The notes under the pieces are model-generated. The model was not told the DNA's origin. It did no database searches and worked only from the letters and a program-made list of their open reading frames with translations. From IMG/VR virus record IMGVR_UViG_3300014913_000006: 64,000 bases of DNA. One strand, written 5' to 3'. Positions within the stretch are counted from its first letter, which is position 1, and each line of letters opens with the position of its first letter. This document shows positions 57,404 to 64,000 of this stretch, piece after piece. Position numbers and translations under genes: made by a program. This stretch comes from a virus.

Positions 57404-58654
57404 TTATTTAAGGATATTCCGTATAGTGGTATCGCTGACCTCGTACATTCTAGACAGTTCGGAAACGGTCACCCCAACAGTAGCCAACCTTCGTACCCTA
57501 TCCCTTTCTTGTCTAGCCTTACTCTCAACAGATTTCTTCCGGTTGCCTGGCGTAACGTTATTCTCTCGCAGGATTTTGTATAAAGTGCTACTGGCAATTC
57601 CATATCTATCGCATATTACCCTAATTGTTTCTCCACGTATATATGCCCCCAAAACACCGGACTTAGTTTCCTCGGGAATTTCAAATCTCTCTTTGTTGTA
57701 GAAGCTCGTGCTCCTCCTAGCTTGACCTATTGCCAGAAACCTAGCACGGACAAAGGACAACGATTTACCGAAATGCTTGGAAATGCGTTGACATGACCAC
57801 CCCCGATCGTGTAGGGCTAATAATTCCTCATCCCTAATCCCGTTATGCATATGTAACCTCTTGTGTATGTCTGCTGTTACGGTCATCCCGTTGTCAATGT
57901 CCCAAAACTGCTCGAACGATTGCGACAGTTCGAACAATTGATCACAATCAACTATAGGATTAAGTTCCGAATATCCCTTTAAGAATGTGTTGAAAATCTT
58001 GGAAAAACCAGCAGGATAATGGTGTACTTCCAGCCTTCCAGTATCTCCGGTAACCCTACACTTATAATCGTCTCTCTCCATACACGCCCTGCGCCAATAT
58101 TCAGCCTTCTCACAATGGCGAATTCTCTCGTGCAACCTAGTAATACCACCCTTATATGATTTAACCCTTGCACCCTTATGCTCCGGGGCGATGCCATTTT
58201 TCTTCAGGATGTCGGCTATCGTAGTTTTATGCACCCTATAATCCCTAGCAATATCTGCACAACTCTCGTTTTTATTAGCCTGGTAGCGGTCGCAAATGAC
58301 TTGATGATCTGATACAGGAATCTTACGGACAGCCTTGGCTACTTCAGTTTTTCTGTCTCGCATTTGAACACCATTCTTAGACAATCTTCCCCACACCGAT
58401 GGCGAACTCATTCCGTGTTTTTGGGCGATATCGGAAATAGACATTTCCAAGTCTTCGTATTCGTGTCGTATCGTTTCAAAATCGATTTTTTGATGAGATT
58501 CCCCACACGACCTAATAATCACTCCAGCTTCTCTTAGACGAGTTATTAGTGTTTGAACTGAACACCCTACTGCTTTAGACACTTCTGGAGTTCCTTTGCT
58601 TTCGTCCCTATAAAGTCTGATAGCCTTTTCTATGTCAATTTGCTTCTTCGCCAT
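57404..58654 (-). CDS. Multi-HTH HNH endonuclease
   Basis: About six HTH repeats around ERDDYKC...LEVHH...WDIDNGMT...H. Confidence 0.75.
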   Translation of the reverse strand: MAKKQIDIEKAIRLYRDESKGTPEVSKAVGCSVQTLITRLREAGVIIRSCGESHQKIDFETIRHEYEDLEMSISDIAQKHGMSSPSVWGRLSKNGVQMRDRKTEVAKAVRKIPVSDHQVICDRYQANKNESCADIARDYRVHKTTIADILKKNGIAPEHKGARVKSYKGGITRLHERIRHCEKAEYWRRACMERDDYKCRVTGDTGRLEVHHYPAGFSKIFNTFLKGYSELNPIVDCDQLFELSQSFEQFWDIDNGMTVTADIHKRLHMHNGIRDEELLALHDRGWSCQRISKHFGKSLSFVRARFLAIGQARRSTSFYNKERFEIPEETKSGVLGAYIRGETIRVICDRYGIASSTLYKILRENNVTPGNRKKSVESKARQERDRVRRLATVGVTVSELSRMYEVSDTTIRNILK

Positions 58655-58674
58655 GGTTCGTCTCCTTCTATTTT

Positions 58675-58703
58675 ATTATACGTCGCAAAGGATGTTTTGT
58701 TTC
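58675..58703 (-). promoter_or_regulatory. Class II promoter GAAAC-N17-GTATAAT
   Basis: Motif copy. Confidence 0.65.
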
Positions 58704-58732
58704 ATGGAAAAAATAATTTTCTTTAGTCCAAG

Positions 58733-58763
58733 AAAAACAGGGCTGACAAATTGCCAACCCTGA
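58733..58763 (-). terminator. Terminator after the major capsid gene
   Basis: CAGGGTTGGCAA/TTGTCAGCCCTG + T-run. Confidence 0.8.
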
Positions 58764-58782
58764 TTTTGTTATTAGAAACTTC

Positions 58783-59808
58783 CTAAAAGCTCGCCAAAAG
58801 TACGCGGCGGCCATCTAACGCAGCAAAACCATGTTCTTGCCACCCGTAAAAACCGGCTTTCTGCCGCCTGTGGAGCATGTCATCTTCGAAGATGGCAAGT
58901 TCCCGCTTGACCGGCATCACAAACGAGTCGCCGTGCGACAGATCGAGACCCACGACGATTTCCTCGTCGCTCGCGCCCATGCTGACACCCAGCGTTGCGA
59001 AGTACGTCTGGAACTCCTGGCCCACGCCAAGCTCGTCCAGCGGATGCAGATTGACGCCGTAGATGCGAGCCATCGGGCCACCATCGTCACCAGCGGTGAA
59101 GATTTCCCGACGAGTCAGGTCGTCAACCTCATCACTATCCCACTCACGAATGTCTTCGAGAGCCTCTGGACTGATGAACAGGTCAGTCAGACGACCGCGA
59201 TTGGCCGTTGCACTGTTGCCACCAGCAAGACGAGCCATAGTCGTCTTCATCAGAGACACGAGACGCTTTGTGAACTGACCAGCAGTTGCAGCACTGTCGT
59301 ACACCAGCGGAGCCCCGCCAGAGTAGTCGGTACGCCCTGCACCAGCCGCGATGATGACACGCCAACCGTCCGTGTTCATCTTCTTCACGAAACCGGCCTC
59401 AAGCACTTCCATCGCACGAGCAACAATGTTCCAACGTGCAGATGTAGCATACTTCAGCGGCCAGTCGATCGCGTTACCCACGTCGTAGGTGTTGATCGTC
59501 ACTGCGTCACCTGTGATGGTACGCTGTGGCAAAGCACCCTCGGATGGGATCATATACGCCACATAGTCATTTTCCTGTGCAGTCTGGTAGAAATCCAGCG
59601 GATACTCGGCAGTTGCACTTGGGTCCAGAACTTCAGGTGCGAAGATTCCGCCCAAGATGTCGCCGTCAAGCAGCGCTGAACGTAGAGGAACTTGTAGAGC
59701 CTGAGCGAGAGAATGCATCGCCTCCAGGGCCTCGGTCTTGTTTGCCGACCCAGTGCGCCGTAGAAGTTCAACCTGCTCAGGTGTTGGTTTTCTGATATTA
59801 CGCTTCAT
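58783..59808 (-). CDS. Major capsid protein (HK97-like)
   Basis: 341 aa; order protease-decoration-MCP-terminator; C-terminal GFYGWQEHGFAALD. Confidence 0.8.
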   Translation of the reverse strand: MKRNIRKPTPEQVELLRRTGSANKTEALEAMHSLAQALQVPLRSALLDGDILGGIFAPEVLDPSATAEYPLDFYQTAQENDYVAYMIPSEGALPQRTITGDAVTINTYDVGNAIDWPLKYATSARWNIVARAMEVLEAGFVKKMNTDGWRVIIAAGAGRTDYSGGAPLVYDSAATAGQFTKRLVSLMKTTMARLAGGNSATANRGRLTDLFISPEALEDIREWDSDEVDDLTRREIFTAGDDGGPMARIYGVNLHPLDELGVGQEFQTYFATLGVSMGASDEEIVVGLDLSHGDSFVMPVKRELAIFEDDMLHRRQKAGFYGWQEHGFAALDGRRVLLASF

Positions 59809-59822
59809 TCTTCTTCACCCCC

Positions 59823-60299
59823 TTACGTTATGTCAATCGAGACCCGCGCAAAGCCAGCCGCATCGACAGTCGTCTCGAAACGACCAATCTGCGGAGCACC
59901 AGCAGCCTGCGTCTTACTGATTAGTCCACTTGCAGCCAGATAAGCAGCGTCCCCAACACTTGGTGTAGTGCCGGTGATCATATCTGTAACCACAAACCCC
60001 TTCTTGACTAGAGTACACTTGTCCCCAGGACGAATCTCCCCGTTCTCAAAGTTCGGGAAGTCCCGAGTTGCACTCATAGCCGCTGCTACCGTCTGGAGCA
60101 AGACGCCCTTGGCAATCACGCCGGATGGGTCTGCCACATAGCCCACAACGTTTGGCTCATCGACGATGTTCACGCCGATAGCCGCGCCAGAACCTTGTGT
60201 GACGACACCAGCGCAGCCACCCCTCTCAGCCGCAACTGTAGTCCAGAAGTTGGTAATGTCGGTAACCTCATTGTACTCACGATCTGGTTTCAAAGCCAT
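59823..60299 (-). CDS. Capsid decoration/cement protein
   Basis: GFVVTD...P.VGD.AYL..SG....IGRF...D..GFARV; lies between scaffold and MCP. Confidence 0.7.
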   Translation of the reverse strand: MALKPDREYNEVTDITNFWTTVAAERGGCAGVVTQGSGAAIGVNIVDEPNVVGYVADPSGVIAKGVLLQTVAAAMSATRDFPNFENGEIRPGDKCTLVKKGFVVTDMITGTTPSVGDAAYLAASGLISKTQAAGAPQIGRFETTVDAAGFARVSIDIT

Positions 60300-60301
60300 C
60301 C

Positions 60302-61822
60302 CTATTCACCCCCTTCGTCTTTCTCATCTTTGCGCCCACATAGCGCGCCTGCCACTGACAACCATTGATCAGCCTCCGTCTTCGCCACATCCTCCGATGC
60401 GTTGAACTCGGCGCTATCGTCTTCTTCTACGTCGTTTAGAGCAGCCTCCGCTTGCTCTGCTTCCTTCTCCCGTGCCGTTGCGTCATCCGTCTTGGTCTCT
60501 GTTGCGTCAGTCTTCTCTTCCGACTCTCCGTCAACAACCTCTTCGGACTTGGCTTCGCCAGCATACTTCAGAACCGCTTCGAATGTCTCGTCGGTCATAC
60601 CACGAAGTTCGGCTAGCGTTGCCTCTTCGTCATCAACCTTCTTAACCTCCGATAGCTTCACCAGGCGATCACGAGCCGTCTCGTTCTGGCGGATTTCGTC
60701 TAGCTCCGCATCACTCTTCTCGGCACGCTGTGTCACCTCATCGAGTTGCTTCTGAAGCTCGGCCTTTGCGGCCTCAACAGCTTCCATCTTCTCAGACGCC
60801 TCCGTCACACTGGCAGTCAGTTCCTCGACCTTGGTATTCAGAGCAGCAAGCTGCCCCTCGTAGTCCTTAGCCTGAACCTCTTCCGCTGCCTTCTGCAACT
60901 CAGCGACCTCCTTGGCTTTGCTCTCTAGACCCGCCTGAGCCTCTTCAAGCTTCGCCTGAAGTTCCTGCAATTGTTTTTCATCCACGTCTTCTACACCCCC
61001 TTCCGACAAGTCACTCAATTCAGCAGTTACAAAACTCCGCGAAGCGGCCATTTTACCTGCCGCGACCTTAATCACCGATTCGGGATTCGCTGGGGTATCA
61101 ACAAACCCCTGCGCACCGAAAATAATGTCCTTCAACACACGACCGACCTTGTAGCCCTGGTATTCCCCGCTGCCACCGTAAATCCGCAAGTGCTTAGTGA
61201 GAAACGCGGTTTTCTCAGTACGCTCGATCAATTTGACCTCACCGGTCGCGGAATCGATCAAGCCATAACCGAAATCAGGGAACCAAGCCTCCATCGAAAC
61301 GAACATCTCGCCAGCTTTCGCTTTTGTGATAATTTCGTCGATTCGCTCGGACAACTCTGGGAATGCCCGGTATAGCACACCGGCCACTTCAATATCAAAC
61401 TCGGTTGGGGGAGAGTCGCCTTCAGCTACCTCAACCTCATCACCAGATTTATCCAATGCCCTAGTCTGAACGATATGGCCCAGGATTCTCTCGGCTTGGT
61501 GGTTGTCGTTCATTGGCTTGTGAAGCGGCGACGACCGAGCCTTCCAGACCTCTTCTGGTGTGAAAACATCATCGTTCAAATTCCAGCCTGTGCTGACCAG
61601 AATTGCGACAACCAGGGCTAAATCCGGTTGTTCCTGACCGAGAAGCTCTTCCACGCTCTGTACAGTAGGGGTGGCTTTCACCAAATCGGCGACAGACATG
61701 CCATCGAAATGCTTTTCGATATTGCCAACCTGTACCCGTGCCGTGACAAATGAAGAAGAACTTCCGGCTTTGTTCATCTGGAAATCGATTCCAGCATCTT
61801 TTTCAGCTTGATAAACGCGCAC
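60302..61822 (-). CDS. Prohead protease with C-terminal coiled-coil scaffold
   Basis: N.NDD.F..E, NDNH..ILGH, VSME, F.A.GFV..PANPES; acidic coiled-coil tail. Confidence 0.8.
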   Translation of the reverse strand: MRVYQAEKDAGIDFQMNKAGSSSSFVTARVQVGNIEKHFDGMSVADLVKATPTVQSVEELLGQEQPDLALVVAILVSTGWNLNDDVFTPEEVWKARSSPLHKPMNDNHQAERILGHIVQTRALDKSGDEVEVAEGDSPPTEFDIEVAGVLYRAFPELSERIDEIITKAKAGEMFVSMEAWFPDFGYGLIDSATGEVKLIERTEKTAFLTKHLRIYGGSGEYQGYKVGRVLKDIIFGAQGFVDTPANPESVIKVAAGKMAASRSFVTAELSDLSEGGVEDVDEKQLQELQAKLEEAQAGLESKAKEVAELQKAAEEVQAKDYEGQLAALNTKVEELTASVTEASEKMEAVEAAKAELQKQLDEVTQRAEKSDAELDEIRQNETARDRLVKLSEVKKVDDEEATLAELRGMTDETFEAVLKYAGEAKSEEVVDGESEEKTDATETKTDDATAREKEAEQAEAALNDVEEDDSAEFNASEDVAKTEADQWLSVAGALCGRKDEKDEGGE

Positions 61823-61843
61823 GAGCACCTCCCGTCATATGGC

Positions 61844-62587
61844 TTATACACAACCATCGATCGAAAGTACACTACAACTCACCGGATAAAAAGACCTTTC
61901 ACCGACAGAGTCGCCTTTATCACCATTGCACCGTGGGCACAACAAGGATAAATTCGACAAATTAAAGAGAGACCACACCTCTTCGTCGGATTTGGCAATA
62001 GCCAATGGTTGCACATGGTCAATCTGATAGCCTACCTCATCGTAATCCGAACTACACACAGGGCACCTATTCTGTTGGACAAAACGTATATGCTCAAGAT
62101 GGTCGTGTAGCTCAATTGGCGAAAATGGAAGATATCGAAAACAACCAGAAGGTGTAACCGAAGCCCCAATTTTTTTGTAGTAATTCAACCGACTTCGCAA
62201 ACGATTAGCATAGTTGACTACCATGCTTTGTCGTCGCATCGTGTCATATCGCCTACGAACGACCTTCCCGCCTGTCGATTGTCTCCACTTTTGAGTGCTG
62301 ACTCTTGTACATTCAGCACATTGAAGCGATTGCCCACTGTATCCATAATAATGCAGTACATCTCCGCGAGACGGACATTCAGCTATCACCTTGTTTTTGC
62401 CGAGATGAGCAACAATACGTCTCCGTAATTTGGGCCGAGGATTGGAAGTAGTAAGACCAAGGGTATATGCCTTGCGAGTCACACTCATCCTGGAACGATC
62501 CAGACGTTGCATACAAAAGGCGATGCCATCACAATCATAATGATTGCGCAAAACGTCTGTTTCATCTATAGTCCATCGTTTGCCCAT
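61844..62587 (-). CDS. HNH homing endonuclease, family A copy 3
   Basis: WT.DE...; RYLPFS..L.DHLE; QIDHVQPL..NLSLLCPRCN. Confidence 0.85.
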   Translation of the reverse strand: MGKRWTIDETDVLRNHYDCDGIAFCMQRLDRSRMSVTRKAYTLGLTTSNPRPKLRRRIVAHLGKNKVIAECPSRGDVLHYYGYSGQSLQCAECTRVSTQKWRQSTGGKVVRRRYDTMRRQSMVVNYANRLRSRLNYYKKIGASVTPSGCFRYLPFSPIELHDHLEHIRFVQQNRCPVCSSDYDEVGYQIDHVQPLAIAKSDEEVWSLFNLSNLSLLCPRCNGDKGDSVGERSFYPVSCSVLSIDGCV

Positions 62588-62592
62588 TATTG

Positions 62593-62916
62593 CTATTTAC
62601 GGTCACGCTTGAAGAAATCAATCACATCAGCCTTGGCCTTCTCGTCATCGTGAAGAATCTTGGACGCGAATCCTTCCTCGTCAAGCCCGGCGTGTGCTTC
62701 TGTCGCAAGCCCTTCGGGGGGCGGAAGATAAAACTGCCGCCTTTCCTTCATGCCATTGGCATTCACAGATTCGATCGTATAACCGAATCTAACCATAGCC
62801 TCGCCACCGTAGACATACCTCTCCACGAAAATGTCATCCGCAAGGACCAGCACGCCGTTGACAGTAAGAACCACCTGCCGACTACCGGTATCCAATGAAA
62901 CGTTCACAATCGCCAT
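62593..62916 (-). CDS. Hypothetical protein
   Basis: SD GGGAGG. Confidence 0.6.
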   Translation of the reverse strand: MAIVNVSLDTGSRQVVLTVNGVLVLADDIFVERYVYGGEAMVRFGYTIESVNANGMKERRQFYLPPPEGLATEAHAGLDEEGFASKILHDDEKAKADVIDFFKRDRK

Positions 62917-62918
62917 AA

Positions 62919-63578
62919 CTACCTCCCAGTAGGTTCGAGACCCTTATTCACAAACAGATGGCAGGGCCAATCATTCTGTTCCTCCACCACCCAGAAAAAC
63001 TCAGACATCCTTCGCACCATCTCCACAGTTTCATCCTGTGGATAAATACGACCACCATGAAAAGAGACACAAAGTTGACCCAATCTATCCCGCAATTCGG
63101 GTTTGGCCAAGACCTCGTTCAGTATGGGGATTTCTGCCCCCTCACAGTTCAAGAAAAGCAGATCGATACGTTGGCAATCATTCTCGTCCATGATGGTATC
63201 CAGGCTAACAGACCGGATATTGCTAGTACGACGTAGACGCCTTCCCTCACCCTGATGTCGTGGATAAACACTATTAGACGACTCTTCCACAAACTCGTAG
63301 AACTCCGCAGTACCATCAAACCCGGTAACCACAGCACGGTGAGCAGTGATAGGAGCACCTGCCTTTTCAATCCCAACGACCAAACTGTCGTGATTTTCCT
63401 TGCCAGCCTCGTAGGCTATCATGGTCAAGGCATTATCGAGTTTCTTGCACAGCTTGATACCATGCGCACCATGGATAGAACCCACTTCAACTATCACCGG
63501 GTCCGCTGGCAACATGTTAGATGCAAAGTACATGTACGTGTCACAACGATCAAACGTGAATGGAGGTGACTCCACCAT
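62919..63578 (-). CDS. FkbM-family methyltransferase
   Basis: IVEVGS..G, AYEA...N, SLD......IDLL.LNCEGAE..IL, QLCVSFH. Confidence 0.85.
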   Translation of the reverse strand: MVESPPFTFDRCDTYMYFASNMLPADPVIVEVGSIHGAHGIKLCKKLDNALTMIAYEAGKENHDSLVVGIEKAGAPITAHRAVVTGFDGTAEFYEFVEESSNSVYPRHQGEGRRLRRTSNIRSVSLDTIMDENDCQRIDLLFLNCEGAEIPILNEVLAKPELRDRLGQLCVSFHGGRIYPQDETVEMVRRMSEFFWVVEEQNDWPCHLFVNKGLEPTGR

Positions 63579-63580
63579 AC

Positions 63581-64000
63581 CTAGTCTCCTGTGGGCAACA
63601 CAGCCGCCCAAGCCAAAGATGCCAGTGTTCTTCGTTCCTTAGAGTTGGGCGCCTTTTTGGTTGACAGGGTAAAGTCGGCCACCAAGTCGCAGAAACGAGC
63701 CTCCATACGACGAGCACCCTTTCCTGCGGTGGGTAATCTATCTGCGATAAGTTCCTTGGTCACAGTGTCCCCTGGACGCAAGACGGACAAGATACCACGC
63801 TTGGTTCTCTCCAACTCGGTACGCTGAGCCTTGGTGAGAGATCGCAGGTTCTTGACCTCCTGTTGTTCCAAATAGGTGCTATCCACCAATTGATCAATAC
63901 GATCCATAAGCCCATCGGCTACGACACTCAGAACTGAGAGCGTCTTTGGTGTTCGTTCGTCCCTTGGCGCAGTATCCTTCGTTGACGGTGGTCGCCCAGG
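63581..64000 (-). CDS. Probable portal protein, C-terminal part (partial)
   Basis: Frame open to the window edge with PGRPP low-complexity motif; upstream of the protease in head gene order. Confidence 0.5.
   Translation of the reverse strand, partial: PGRPPSTKDTAPRDERTPKTLSVLSVVADGLMDRIDQLVDSTYLEQQEVKNLRSLTKAQRTELERTKRGILSVLRPGDTVTKELIADRLPTAGKGARRMEARFCDLVADFTLSTKKAPNSKERRTLASLAWAAVLPTGD

Noticed and set aside
1-64000. CRISPR array, rRNA, integrase or IS element
   Set aside because: No regularly spaced direct repeats and no recognisable rRNA, recombinase or transposase motifs were seen.

Overview
A 64-kb segment of a large tailed dsDNA phage genome (siphovirus-like; standard genetic code, since TAA, TAG and TGA all end long genes). 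Bases 1-3949 (+) end an operon with a SAM methyltransferase, glycosyltransferase(-like) genes, a Rad52-like annealing protein and a Whirly-like ssDNA-binding protein. The rest is on the - strand and reads as a morphogenesis region: portal C-terminus, FkbM methyltransferase, prohead protease/scaffold, decoration protein, major capsid protein, modular LamG/propeller head or neck fibres, head-tail connectors, tail tube, chaperones, tape measure, a 2364-aa fibre and baseplate proteins. It is interrupted by many intact and decayed homing endonuclease genes. A ~10.7-kb accessory island (31.0-41.8 kb) lies between tail tube and tail chaperones and holds 7 tRNAs, 2 tRNA remnants, candidate ncRNAs, a radical SAM enzyme and an Rnl1-type RNA ligase. 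Best candidates for undescribed biology: (1) a classical leader-peptide attenuator (1:2/2:3/3:4) upstream of the tRNA + RNA-ligase operon, possibly a stalling-triggered anti-defence switch; (2) cohesin-like and dockerin-like modules on different virion proteins; (3) strong Ser-Gly enrichment limited to predicted exterior virion proteins, with glycosyltransferase and methyltransferase genes nearby; (4) a 138-nt tRNA-like RNA beside a ~270-nt structured RNA; (5) two promoter classes, with several homing endonuclease ORFs ending inside the late promoter. All family calls come from motif recognition by eye; no searches were run.
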